A DNA stretch of 64,000 bases from Phoronis australis (taxonomy: Eukaryota > Animalia > Phoronida): assembly GCA_002633005.1 (NCBI GenBank), contig NMRA01000215.1, positions 196,690 through 260,689 on the forward strand. The letters are read 5' to 3'. Positions 37,334 through 51,100 of this stretch are shown here, piece by piece; the first letter of the stretch is position 1, and each line of letters starts with the position of its first letter. The notes beneath the pieces are model-generated. The model saw nothing but the letters and a program-made list of their open reading frames with translations, was not told where the DNA came from and made no database searches. A program made the position numbers and the translations under genes.

Positions 37334-38873
37334 ATAATGAGTGATTCTATGAAACACTGCGGGTTTTATTGAGGTTGGCTAACTCTAAACTTGCAAATTC
37401 TAAAATGGTGCATGCACATTGCCTGCCACTTATTATATAAGTCATTGATCTTGGTTTTGATGTTTTTGTTAGTAACGGAAATAGAATCCTATCACCATGA
37501 AGAATATTATCAGACCAATTTCATAAGAGTAAAAGACCAGTAATTCAATTTTTGCCTTTTAACCAGCTAAACTGAGTTACTGTAGTAAAACGTCTTTCAT
37601 TACTCAGGATTAGATTTAGAAAAGTGGGTGCCCTGTACTTAGGAAGATGGTGAGGCTCCTTCCCCTACCTGACCCCGTTGCAGTCCTCAAAATCGTAAAA
37701 GTCAGTGTTTCTTGTTTAGGCCTCACCTCTTTCACCTCCGTCAAACCCTCTATTTATTATCATATCGGACGTTAGTGCTACATCCCATTTAACCGGGAAG
37801 ACCCTCATTCACCCAGTGTGGGTCCCCTTAACTGTGGGGCTTTGTAAATTAATTCAGCAATTGCCAAAGTAAATCCTCCTCTGTTTCGACCTGTAACATG
37901 TAGGCCTATTGGACATTTTTTTCGTGTGTAAAACTGAGTGAGCAAAACTTTAGACAATTGGAATATACCAATGAGTGAGAATGCCGTGAGATTTTGGAGG
38001 AGGAGTATCATACTTGGGTACAGAATAGGGCCCCAGTTATTGTTAATACCCCACTTGTGAAGAATTACCACATAATGTCACGGAATGTCTGTCCTCTCTT
38101 TATCGGNATAATGAGTGATTCTATGAAACACTTCGAGTTTTATTGAGGTTGGCTAACTCTAAAATTGCAAATTCTAAAATGGTGCATGCACATTGCCTGC
38201 CACTTAAGTCATTGATCTTGGTTTTGATGTTTTTGTTAGTAACGGAAATAGAATCCTATCACCATGAAGAATATTATCAGACCAATTTCATGAGAGTAAA
38301 AGACCAGTAATTTAATTTTTGCCTTTTAACCAGCTAAACTGAGTTACTGTAGTAAAACGTCTTTCATTACTCAGGATTAGATTTAGAAAAGTGGTTGCCC
38401 TGTACTTAGGAAGATGGTGAGGCTCCTTCCCCTACCTGACCCCATTGCAGTCCTCAAAATCGTAAAAGTCAGTGTTTTTTGTTTAGGCCTCACCTCTTTC
38501 ACCTCCGTCAAACCCTCTATTTATTATCATATTGGACGTTAGTGCTGCATCCCATTTAACCGGGAAGACCCTCATTCACCCAGTGTGGGTCCCCTTAACT
38601 GTGGGGCTTTGTAAATTAATTCAGCAATTGCCAAAGTAAATCCTCCTCTGTTTCGACCTGTAACATGTAGGCCTATTGGACATTTTTTTCGTGTGTAAAA
38701 CTGAGTGAGCAAAACTTTAGACAATTGGAATATACCAATGAGTGAGAATGCCGTGAGATTTTGGAGGAGGAGTATCATACTTGGGTACAGAATAGGGCCC
38801 CAGTTATTGTTAATACCCCACTTGTGAAGAATTACCACATAATGTCACGGAATGTCTGTCCTCTCTTTATCGG
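37334..38873. repeat. Near-identical ~770-bp direct duplication around a single N (38107); probable assembly artefact
   Basis: 37334-38106 and 38108-38873 differ by a handful of substitutions and a 7-nt indel and meet exactly at the N. Confidence 0.9.
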
Positions 38874-40207
38874 TTGCTAAACGAAACGAAACTGTTGAAA
38901 ATAACCCCTGCCGACATATTCTCAACTGAGGCTGACATGTTTTCAACTACAGGAATGGACCAATATTTAATGTTGAAAAGTGACTGGGGGTCATTTTTTC
39001 AACATTTAAAAAGTAGCAAAGTTTTATGTTACACCCGCAGTGAAATTTTATGTTACACCCGCAGTGTAACCATGGAAAACAGGAAGTATTTACTTGCCTT
39101 AACTCACCACTAGGTAGTTTGTAATGGGTTGCAAACTGAAATTGAATTAAAATAGTCCACACTCACTGTTGAGTGAAACGGGATGCTCCAAGGTCATTAT
39201 CATCTTTCTGAATAAGTACTCATTGGAACTTTAAGAAAAATCTAATACTTCATTTGGTTTGTGCTGTTTCACTGATGTAGAGAGGTTCTTCATCAGTATT
39301 TGATTCTTTGTATTGAGGTCAAGGCAGCCTGTAGGATTTTGGTGTTTATTGTATATTCAGACATCCAGTTAATTAAACACTATAAAAGTCTGTGACCACT
39401 TTGAAATAAAATCAACCATGTGCATGGATAGAGTGAAACCATTTCTGTGTCACGGAATGTATGTTATGTCAGCCTCGCTTGAATATGATCACGAACACGA
39501 TCTTAACTTTGCGCTACTTCTTTTTTGTTAAAATCTTACAAATTGCGACCTGCAAGGAAATTGAAATACTTTTGTTTAAATGAGTTAATCTAACTTAAGG
39601 TTTGTAGTCAGCCACCCAATTCAATATGTGGTGCAATGGGAAGCTTGAAACAGACAACGATTTTCAACTTCAACATCTAAGAAGAATTTCAGCAACCAAA
39701 TGACAATAGACTTAGTTCCAACTTGTTACATTCATCATACCTCCGACAAACACCTCTTGAACAAAAATACACCTGCTTTTGTTTAAATATAAAGCCGGAT
39801 CTCATAAGCACTGTCGGTATAGTGTTGGTCACTTTATAAGAAAACCTGCTGGGTATGACAGTCATCAAAAGTTGGCTTTTAGTCAGTGAGCGTGTGTCAA
39901 TGAAGTGCTTTTGATGAACTAACATCTGTATGCATTGTCCAAACTACTTGAAGTGTTATAACACAGATATACTGTGATCAATATCTGGACACACCCTTAG
40001 GAGTAATCCTCTTACAGGTGGTTCCACTCCTTGTGCTTCAGGCTTTGCCCTGATATCAAAGTTGTGATTTCTGTGACATTGCCAATAATCTCCCTTTGTT
40101 TGAAAAGTTTCACCTTTCTCCATCATGTGATTGACATTACAAAGTAGGTTTTCTTATACAGCACTTTTGTTCTGATTAGCGAAACAAAACAACCCACTGC
40201 GTTCAAG

Positions 40208-40848
40208 CCCCGGAGGCGTTACTCACTATTTATGAGGGTGTGCAGCTGGAAAATTATTTAATTCTGACCCACTTAGAAAGGGGGCTGGAAAATAGTGACC
40301 CATTTGTAGGATGTTGCTATGAAATAGTCACACTTACATAGGCTTTACAGTGGCGGATTTAGAGAGGGGGCCAAATTGCCCCAGGCCCCCTTAACTCATT
40401 CTCCCAGATTCCATTTGGCAGTTCGGGGGTGCGAATGTCTGATGAACAAAATCCTGGCTACTGAGTACTCTGCCCTGGCCCTCCCAAACTCAAAATCCTG
40501 GATCTGCCCTTGCTTTAGTCCTAGAAACACCACCTATTGCAGAGCTTAATCCCATGAATGTAATTACACTTTTGTACTCATTTTTAGAATCTCAATTTTT
40601 AATCCATTTGCCCACGTGAAAGTTAAGCAGTACAAAAAGGTATCGTCTTGTCAAAAGTATAGATAACTTTGTATCTGTTGTTGAGTTAGAAAAGAACCTT
40701 TTGTACAGTTTTGAAATCCAAACGGAAACCCTTTTTAAGGTTATTCTGTTTGAAAAAGGCATCCCTTTATGGGGAAAGTCCTCGTCACAAACTCACCCTT
40801 CTGAGTGGTTCGACCTGTATAACTCCTCTATGAGAGGACCTCCCCAGG
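40208..40848 (+). mobile_element. Degenerate MITE with CCCGG-type termini
   Basis: Left cccggaggcgttactc, right gaggacctccccagg; an inverted fragment of the same left end lies at about 52890-53034. Confidence 0.45.
40348..40512. mobile_element. 165-bp MITE with 5-bp TSD (hAT5-like), nested in the CCCGG element
   Basis: cagtggcggatttag ... ctggatctgcccttg; CTTTA duplicated at 40343-40347 and 40513-40517. Confidence 0.8.
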
Positions 40849-43101
40849 ATTCAGGCCACCCACACTTCTTCCTGGAGGGATCTCTTTTAGCATAGTATTG
40901 ATGACAGTTTGTTTTGGTTGCTTGCTCACTTCCAGTTAGATTCTTCATGGAAATAGGATCAGTTTGTTATGGTGGCCTGTCATGTTATTGAACCTATTGT
41001 GTTCATGCCTTGCTTATAGTGTTTTTATGGCCAAGGATGTTTCCCTGAAACTTTGATACCAAGAATACTAGTGGACTGTAACCATGTATCAGCAAGTACC
41101 TACATTGAGTCAAATATCTACACAAGTATAGAATTTAACTTGGTAGAGGTATACACTTTCTGAAATTGGAAACCTTGTAGAATTTGATTTTTTACTTTGT
41201 ACCATTCAGTCTGTCAGAGATTGGGTCACATGACCATGTCAGTTAAGAAGAATAGTTTGAAAAGGTACCATACATTCCTAGCAAAACAAAGGTTTCTTGT
41301 TTTGTAAAGTGTCTGACAACTTTTAGTTGAGTGGTACTGAAAAGTTTTAAAAGTCGATAATCAAAAACATGATGGCATTTCTTTTGATATAAATGAACAA
41401 AACAAAATCTATGAAAAACACCAATAGTTTTATAGAGAATAGTGCATAAAGCATTGTACCTCAAATTTTCATTTGAATCCAATCAGCCATTTCTGAAAAT
41501 ATTATGTTCAGTCAAATTTGGACACTGTTCTAGAGTTACACAGATTTCATTATTAAAGAAACGATGAAACTTCTGGCAGATCGTGACTGAAGTTGCTTCT
41601 TGTCTCCAACATCAAGTCAATTAAAAGGTGCACATTTTATGCACTGCAAATTTAAATGCAATGTTTGAAATTTTTGTTTTCTCTTCACTGGAAATTTCTT
41701 AAATTTTTGTTGGTTACCCTTGCGTTCCCATGACACAAACCAAATGAGATGACCTGATATTTTAGTTTATTTTTCCTCATAAATTGCCATCTAACTTCTC
41801 TTGCAAATGTTGTGTTACGACCTCTTCCATGAGTTTATTTATTTTGTTGTAGTAACCTGGTATTTCAATGGCATTTCCCACGGTTGTCATCTTTAAGTCA
41901 CTGTCATGGCTATAGTTAAAGATTCTGAAGCAATCCATTCAACTGTTGGTGTTGGCAGCCTATCAGCTCTGTTATTCACCTTAAGGTCATAAATAAAAAT
42001 GTCTTTGACAAGTTATGTCTTAGTCCGCCTTGCTCTTTTTGCCCTTTAATTACCCTACTCGGGAAGCCAGGTCCCCCATTTAGTCAAAGGCGTAGGTCGG
42101 GTCATAACTAAGACACTCCCAGGCATTACATGTGCACAGCTTTAACAATACTCTTTCCTATACAGTCAACAATTTAGAACTCAGGATGAGTTTTGTTACT
42201 TGAAAGATATGACGAAAATATAAACATTTCATTACTTCCATCTCTCTTTGTGTTTGCCTTATTTTGCTGCTAATTTAAAAAAATAAAAAGTGGGCGGGGT
42301 TTCTTCGGAAACCTAATTACATATGACACCTATTAAGCGAGTACCCATAATGCATGAGTCAACTGTCACTCAGTAGCGTAGCCATTTTAGGTGATGGTAC
42401 ACCATCAAAAATGAAAATTAAACTACCGTATATAATTCATATTTAAATCAGTATTTGGAGCCGCTGCAGTGAGTAGGCATTATATGAGTTCAATGAACTA
42501 AGTTGCGTTAAAATTCGTTGTATGAATTTCTAAACTGAAATGAAATGTAAAAAGTATTTTTAATGCCCCATGCAGGGCCACTTTTGAAAACCATTTTATG
42601 GTTCATGTTTTGGGGTGGAACCATTTGTTTTGATTCTCTAATGCAACAAGCTAGTGTTCCTACCCTAAAAATTGTCCAGTTTGGGACACTGAAAAAATCA
42701 TTTTTTGCTCAAGGTCGGAGCTTTTACCACATTTTAGAAATGGGAAATATTGGGGATCCTCAATTCAAGAATTAGAAGTAAAAAGTATTACCAATTTCGA
42801 GTTTTGTTGTGTCCCAGCTATTTTTAACAATGTTTTTTCAGTAACTTTGTTGATAACAAGTTAGTATCCCATGTTTGAAGATTATGTTGAACACCAAAAC
42901 AGCCCATATCCTAATTTTCAAAATCCTTTTGGCTTGAGTTTCACAGTCCCAAATTTAAAATGTTGTCCCAAACTGGAGCATTGTTACTGTAATTATGCAT
43001 GGCAACCCTATGGACTGAGCAGAGTTCATTGATTGCTTCAACACCAGGATTCAATGATGCTAACTTATACTGGCTTGACCTTATTAGTGCTGTGACTTCA
43101 A

Positions 43102-43580
43102 GGTTATGTAGGAGCTTAAAAATGACTTAATTTGGCCAATTTCGGAACATCATATGAAATTTTAAGATGCTATGCTTTATATGCCATTCTCCAATACACT
43201 GGAATTGTTTTGAAATGTTCAAAGGGCTATCTAAACTGGACATTTTGATTTTCATGCAAAAATCAAAAGTTGAATAAAACGAAAACAAAAAGATAATTTA
43301 GAAACCAGTAACATCTTTTTTGAGATTACATCTTTAACATTTATATCAAAATCAAATGAAATTTGTTCATTCTATTGATACTGTTGTTTTGCTATCAGTG
43401 TTTTGTTCTTTTTTGCTAAATTTTACCAAAAAGTCATGGTCACGTGACCCAATTAACGACAGAGTGTAAAAAAACAAAAAAATGACTCTACAGGATTTTC
43501 ACTTTATGAAAAAATATATTTTAATTGAGTTAAAATTTGCAGTTCTGTAGATGTTTGGCTAAACACACAAACTTGTCAAA
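43102..43580 (+). mobile_element. Dispersed repeat family A (copy 3)
   Basis: ggttatgt start; collinear with 9868-10330, with a small deletion. Confidence 0.55.
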
Positions 43581-44141
43581 TAATAATATTAAGAAGCTAA
43601 CAGTAAAGGGCAATTGTATGAGGTTATTATTGATATTATCATTATGCTAATGAGGAGGTACATGGATCCCAACAATGTCGTGTCTGGTGCTGATATAACT
43701 CCGACACTCACATCGGGGGTTTAACAGTATAAGCATGATAAAATACATGCAGAAGCATTCTATGAAATTCTGACATATTTGCATAAAACATTGTTCATAA
43801 TGTTGGGGTCTGTTGTACATTGTTCATAATGTTGGGGTCTGTTGTATCAATATTTACTGCCACTCCCATTCATTCCAAAAAATTACAAAACACTCTCATT
43901 AAAAGTTAATTTCAAAAGAATTTTTTTTGAAAATTTGGTTCACAATAATTACATGAAATGTGTTTTGGAAACATGTAATATGAGACTTGAATTTCATGTC
44001 ATATTGTTTATTTCAGTAGCCCCCCCCCCCCCCAGCACACTAACTCCCTCATTTGTGGAGGTTGGAGATAACAAAATGCACCCTATATGATTGACCTAGG
44101 GCTTTAAAGTGGAATTTGGGACAAGCCTATTAGGCAACTGC

Positions 44142-45977
44142 TTTTGACATGCACCCATGTGTACATATGTGGGTGGATATATGTACACATTTAAATATAG
44201 ATATAGAATTGATTAAACACACAACACTTTTCATTAGTTACACTCTTTATTCCGTTTCGGAATAAAACTCTACACTCAATGGAACATTGATGAAGTAACT
44301 GACCCAAGAGACATGAAATATCATGTACACTTTAATCATGTCTCTTGGTCAGTTACTTCATCAATGTTCCGTTGAGTGTAGAATTTTATTCGGAACATGT
44401 GAACAAAACGGAATAAAGACTGTCAATATTGAAAAGTGTCGTGTGTTGAATCAATTCTGCATATTGGAAAACTTGCTTCTGAAGTACAGCCATATAGATA
44501 TAGCTATAGATATACGTTTGTATGTGTGTGTGTGTGCGTGTGTGTGTGTGTATGTGCGCGCACGCATGTGTGTGTGTCATTGTGGTAACATTGCTGCCTT
44601 GGTGTCCAGTATTCTGGCAGTGATACTGTATCTCCTAAACTCCTTGCAGGATCTTCAGGAAATTTATCAGATATGTCCGTATGAAGCTTGCGATAGACGA
44701 CAACATCATCCTTGCGTATCTTATTGCTATTGTGAGCCATAGTGACAGTTTTGGTTTTTTTATGTTTGCCTTTGTATCTACCTTGACGGATTTTTATGAA
44801 ATTTGTGATTAATGTCTACCGAGACAATACTTTCCTCATTAGGATCGATGCATTCTGACCCCCTGATGGCCTTTTCAACTATTTTTGAATATGCTTTTAG
44901 TGTCTGCCTCTGTCATCAAACCTCTTGGAATATCATGATGAAATTTGACAGATGTTTTCCTAATTAAGAAGACCATGGCTGTGATGCCTCCTAGTGGCAT
45001 TTGGTATGTATGATCCTACTCTGAAGAGCATGGATGATGTTTGGACCAGTCAGAGTGCAGAAGCACCCTAATAGCAATTTAGATTTTCTTTACTTGTGCC
45101 CCAGTATCTACTAAGTTTCTTTGTACATTCTCGTAAAATTTGGCAAATGAGTTTCTATGATAGAGAGTATGATACAATTACCCTGTTTCAGATGCCTGGA
45201 TTTGACCATTTCTGTCCCCCCATAGTGTTTAAGTTTGGCATCCTCTCTATCTGTCGAACTGTTTGAAGAATCATCATAAGAGTAGGCAAATGTGTCCCTC
45301 AATGTAGGACAGCATGGCTGACATCAACTTCTAAATGGATCCCATAGTGCTGTGGTGTGCCCTGGTGGCAATTTAATTTTTTTGTGTTGGCCTCAGTATC
45401 GACCAAATTGTTTTATCGATGTTTGTGAAGTTTGACACATTTGATCCTAATTCAGGAGAGCTCTGTTGTTAAGTTGTTTTTTACTGGTGGTGCCCAGTTA
45501 TGGCAATTTTGTTTTGGAGCCTTAACTTAAGTATCTACAAATTGAAATTGGGCATATGTATTTCTACTGAGGAAAGCACGGCTGGCCGGTATTGATTATT
45601 GGAGGGATCTGAGTATGGTGTTCCTTGTGGCAATTTGTGTTGTTTTTGTGTTTGCCTTAATATTTACCAAGTACTTTGAATGGATCTTCATGAAATTTGG
45701 CATAGTGAAAGCACTGCTGATGCTGAATTTTAGTGGATCTGAGAACTGTGGCACCCTCTCTATCGGCAAATTATCATTACATCTATTAAGTTCTTTGACT
45801 GTTCTTCCTGAAATTTTACCTTTCTGTTCCAAATAAGACAAACACAGCTGATGTTGATTTTGTGTGTATTTGACTGCCGTGGCAGTATTTGAAGAAAGTG
45901 CACCTTTTTATCGTTTCTGTTTGTGATGAACATGGTGGGTGCATATCAATAATCTCCATTGCTGATTTTGTTCTTGT
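44142..45977 (+). mobile_element. Older, degenerate HINE/DINE-like element related to 1013-2770
   Basis: 5' atgcacccat with hairpin (44149-44178), (GT)n tract 44520-44578, repeated ~130-150-bp units with gaaatttggca and gcc.cctagtggc-like motifs, 3' gtgggtgcat (45935-45944), short stem-loop and cttgt end. Confidence 0.65.
44201..44464. mobile_element. 264-bp fold-back palindromic element
   Basis: Arms about 44201-44316 and 44336-44464 are reverse complements (ctacactcaatggaacattgatgaagtaactgacc / ggtcagttacttcatcaatgttccgttgagtgtag). Confidence 0.85.
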
Positions 45978-47804
45978 GGAAAAATCAGAAAGTGGGAAAC
46001 TTGTCTTACAAATGTATGATAAAAATGGTTACATCGAATTTTATATTTTATTGGTGGTATCAGTTACCAAAAATAATTTTTGACCTTTCATAACTTAGTC
46101 CCAATCACATCATAACGTGGCATATTAAAAAGAGAGACATAACATTAAGTTGCCAGTAAATGCTAATATATCAAAGTAATTCATTTGGTGGTGCTATTTA
46201 TCTGTTGAACTGTGTTCAAATTCTACTACTAGTTTTAGGAACATATGGAAGTTGCAATTATTGTAAGATACAAAATTTCCCCACTCTAGAAATCTGCATT
46301 ATGTATCAACAAGTAACTTGCCTGGGGTGGAGACAGCTTGGTGTTCATGTCGAGTGCACATGTTATTGTTTTGAGGAGCTTTGGACGGTTAGTTGCAAAA
46401 ATCATGTTCAGGTGTCTTCGCAAAGAATAACAATTTCCAAATTCTAGAGCAGGCAGAATAATATTGACAAATTACCTCACCTCTTTCATGTTAGAATTAG
46501 TTGCACCAGATATGTTTGGACAAAAATTTATTGACCCTTTAGCAGAGATGATTTTGCTGTTTTCTGTTTTCTTTGAAATCACAATCTGTGTTGACTGACG
46601 AAGTTATAGCTTCCTGAACTATTTCTATGTGCCTGTGTTAACTTTAAGCTTAAAATATTAGCTGTGTACTGATGAGCTGGCTAGACAAGAGACAGCCAAC
46701 TAAATGCACCTTGCCTGGGGAAAACCTGTCCTGCCATTATTGTTTTATGAAGCATTTACTGAAGATTTCTGAATGCTGCCCAGTGTCAGGGACTTCCTGA
46801 TTGTGATCACAATTTAGTCATGAATGAGTGTGGTTGAAAAGTGTGTGGTGGTGCTTGTTGTGAAATATGAGAAACCTTAAGTTTATTCAGATAAAGCAGC
46901 ATAACACATGCCAGTTTGAACTGGTATTAGAGTTGGTGATGGTATTATGAGTAGTGTATTTTCAAGCTCAGAGTTTCAAGGAAGGTTATTTAGCACTTGT
47001 GAAGTTGACGCTAGAATAAATTTGCTCCCTAAGCCCCCAGTTTTCGCAACATCCGTCAATGGTTACCAACCTCATCCCTCTCTGGTCTTCAGTCATCAAC
47101 TTTTGCTGCTGAAGGTTAGCCCAACAAATTATCTATTTCACCTGTGATTTAACCTCTTCCTTGTAAATCCGTTGGTATTGTGTCTATCCTCCTAAGTTTT
47201 GCTCCTGTCTTCTGAAGCTAATTAAGAGACATGCTGTCAATTTTGTAACATTATCACATTGAGGAGTTACAGCTTGGTATAGTGCCATCTTTGAAAACCA
47301 TTGTTTTGGTCCATGTTTTGGGGTGAAACTCTTTGTTTTGGTTCTTTAATACAAAAACTCATAACTCATGCAATTTAATGCGTAGACTGTTCATTGATAG
47401 CTTCAGAACAACAAGATTCTCTGCTGCTAAGTTTGATTTATTTCAATTTGTAGCACGACCTAACTTCATGGGACTTTAATTGATATTGATAACACAATCA
47501 AGATTATTTGAAAAATCCAGTTTTAACAATTGGAATATGAAACATTTCCTAAATAGTATGTATGATCAACACGGTCATGTTTTTAGAAAAATGTTTTTGT
47601 AGTGATTTTAATTTTCAGAAAAAGTCTTAAAAAGCTTACAAGCCTGCCTTCCATCACAAAAGCCAACTTTTAATTTAAAGCATTTGGCATGAAATTGGTC
47701 TCAAGTTCTTCCTGAGTGAAATTAGAGTTGATGTCAGGGCTTCAACTGACAGTTCATAGTAGCTCTACAAGTGGCCTTGTTGAACAGATCACCTCAAGGA
47801 ATAA

Positions 47805-48165
47805 ATACACAAAACATACCGAGTGGAGTAGATGAAGTAATATCCCCATGAGACATTTTGAAGTAATATCCCATGAGACATTATTCCGCATATCGACAGA
47901 GACAGAATTTTCTTTCATTATGAAGTGTCATATCATTAACAGTTTTGTTCCAGATGTTACGTTTGGGACCTGATTGCGTGCTTAGTGTTACTTATACTGC
48001 TGCAATTGTATTACTTTAAATTATATTTGGAAAGTTTGATGATCGAACTGGCTAACAACGTCAAGTCAACATTGGCCTACTTTTTGAACTTCCCATGTCA
48101 GAGAGGGCACTGTTGAAGTAGTGCGGGAGGTGAATACTAAAAACGATATCACATGGCCGTATTGC
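47805..48165 (+). mobile_element. Repeat fragment with an inverted relative at 51770-52345
   Basis: 47925-48165 is the reverse complement of about 51770-52005 (cactgttgaagtagtgcgggaggtgaatac / gtattcacctcccgcactacttcaacagtg); 47805-47900 matches the palindrome at 52215-52345. Confidence 0.75.
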
Positions 48166-51100
48166 ACTCGACTGATTCATCGTGTATGGGATAACAAAGT
48201 GTTAGCTAAGAAATCACTTCTCTTCTGAAAAAGGAAGAAGTTGAACCCAATTTAGTAGTAGTGAGTGGACTAAATCAAGAGTTTGCTTTTACAGGTATTA
48301 AAATATCTACAGGCTTTCCCGTCAACTTAAAATATTGGGGCATTTTTGTTTTGAAGTCATCTGCAAAGCTCTTTGGCTGTATACCAGGCCAATTATACCA
48401 GATTTCACTCAAGTCTTGCATGTATGCCTGTCAGGTTCAAAGGAAGGTTACAAATTCATTTTCATTTTCGTTTTAGTTCAGCTTTGGAAAGTTATTTGTG
48501 TCTCATAAATTAAAGATTTTATTTTATAAGATATGCTTCTGCTTGGCTTTGATGTGTCTTTATTTTCTTCATAAAAGGTACCCATTCTAAACACATTTTC
48601 TGTTTGCACTTCGTCCTGTATTGAACCATTCTTCGAAAATAAAATAGCTTTTACTGAGTTAAAGGAGAAAGCACCAGTTTTTGATGTTGTGTATAGTGTT
48701 GCAGGTCCCTGGTTACCTTAAATACCTTAATGGGCAGACAGTATTTCTGCGTTACTTACTATTGCCCTGGCATGTATTTACTAATAAAACAAATAAAACA
48801 ACAATAGAGAGTGAACTAAACAGTGTAGTATGGAGCCCCTATCACTGGTATTTGCTCAATGGAAGTGAATGCAGGCTCTTCGTCAAGCCATTAACATTCT
48901 GTCTTGTACCTTGGACAATAAATGCGCATTAAGAGGAAAGGATTTAAGGTGGAAAATGTTTACAAGATAACCAAGTATCTGCATTTTCATTAAACGTTAC
49001 GCACCCATGCTTTGGAATGAGTATCTCGACTGCCTGATCGGTCAATCGGGGTACAGCAGTGTTGTTATCAGCTTGACAGAGGCAAACCAATGTTTACATT
49101 GTCCAGCTCTCTTATTGTCTTCTTACATCTGATAAGCTCACGTAATCCAGCGATTATGTTGCGAACAGCGCGCCTGACGCTAACCGATATTTAAAAATAC
49201 TATTTGCAAACAACTTTGAACAAATGTCGTGAAGCAGATGTGTTTTGCAAGATATACCTTCACCTTAAAACTTCGAATGGGGAAAAACGGTTGACTTTCA
49301 GAGAAATTAGGCTTATTACTTTCACCTGTTGACTGTAAGCTCTGACCAGCTTAACTACAGCATTGCTTACCAACACAAAAGGCTTGCTTGACAAGTTTAA
49401 TCGAGCGTTATTCTAAATTAGACCATGATAGTGGAAATTTCTTGATTTTTACACTCTAGGAGAAGGGAACGTAACATCAAAAACGGTTGACCTCCGTTTT
49501 ACGATCTGATGGCTACATTCTCAGTAGTGAACATTCTCAGAAAATTCCTTCTTGGAGTTGTTTTGAGATATTTCGCATTGATTCCTTGTCAAACAAGAAA
49601 TCACTTGAGAAAGTACTTATGCTGCTACTCTAAACATACATGAGCTTTGGAGTGGATTGATTTGAAGAGGATCTGTCCAGAGCTTTCCTCAGATCCGGAA
49701 TTCAAATTCAATGGAAGATTATGTATGTTTAGCATCTAACAGACTTTATCATCACCCCATGAGTGTCACCTAGATCATGAAATTGATCTTAACTTGTACC
49801 TAACTTGAATTAAGAGTTGATACCTAGGATTGGGAATAAGTGACATGTCATTATTGCTACTGAACCTGCGCAACTGAGGGGTTGGGGTTTATTATGTAAG
49901 TTTTGCCATAGGCAGGTAGCATGGTCTTGGGCTATAATGAATTGTCATTTATATCCAAGCCCAGAGACACGACTTGAAATTTGAGTACAAGAAACAAGTT
50001 CTAGTTTTATAGTTCAGTAAGGGTCTAAGTGAAGTTTGAGGTAACACAGGTTCATAGTAGCTATAGTTGGCACTTATAGTAACTTGGGTAAATCCCATTG
50101 AAATTTCTGCCTCTCACCAGCTCTTGTGTTGTGATCTTATGGCTTGCCTTGGACCTTGGTGCAAAACTCACTATTGCTACCTTAAAAACCTGGCACCTAT
50201 GGCTGTGGTTATTGCATTTTTTAATGTTCCCAATGAATACATTCTTTTGGCTATAAGGTCATGATTTTACCTTAAGTTTTACAGACACACGGAAGCTAAT
50301 CTTGACTATCCATTTTGCAAGTTATGAAAGCCAGGTTTTTTTGACACGAACCAATGACATCATATCTAATGCTTGAGTGTATGGGGGTCTTTACTTTAAA
50401 AGGATACTAAAGCCTGTTGTGGTTATTTCTACCAATCCTCATTTTGCCACCGTAATATAGCAACATTGGCATCCATGATAAGAGTAGGCTTCCACGAAAA
50501 AATTATACCTTCTTTGTCATAGATAGGATATCTTGGTACATGGTCTTTCCCTACAATTGTCCCGTAAGTTGCCTAAAGCATATGTCACGCCTTCCCCTTG
50601 AGCAGACTTTGTTCTAAGGAATTTTCAAATTTTGCTAGAAATATTTGAGGGTTGTCAATGGTTACTGAACATTATTTTGTTTCAGAGGACTTACCAAAAC
50701 CGGGTATGGTATCCTTTTAACTTTCTCGTGATTTGGTTTGATCAGGTCATTTCCTCCGTATTCCCATCCAAGAACTCTAATTATATACCTGGAGGCAAGA
50801 CATGATTCACCAAGCAATTGTGGATAGAAATCGTCATTTGTGGAAAGGAAACCGTGAATTGTGTCTCTGAAAGCAACTTCCTAACCTCACCAACCAACCA
50901 CTTAAGTGGCCGTTACTTTCCTAGGGGATGCTTGTAAGATCACCACCATATTTGTGAAACATTCGCCTTTCATTCACATGTGATTTTGCTTGGTCTTCCA
51001 TGATCTTGTTTTTTTCATGTAATGCACCCATGACTACCCACCCACTCAAAATGTGTGTCAAGTCTTTCAATAGGGTGATTGATAATGATTTCTTGCTCTA

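Noticed and set aside
37805-38838. Two identical 88-aa ORFs
   Set aside because: Identity comes from the probable assembly duplication; no recognisable protein features.
46669-46704. CTGATGA followed by a stem (gctggct/agccaac), a possible second hammerhead
   Set aside because: The required GAAA box reads TAAA and no stem I/III or cleavage triplet is evident.
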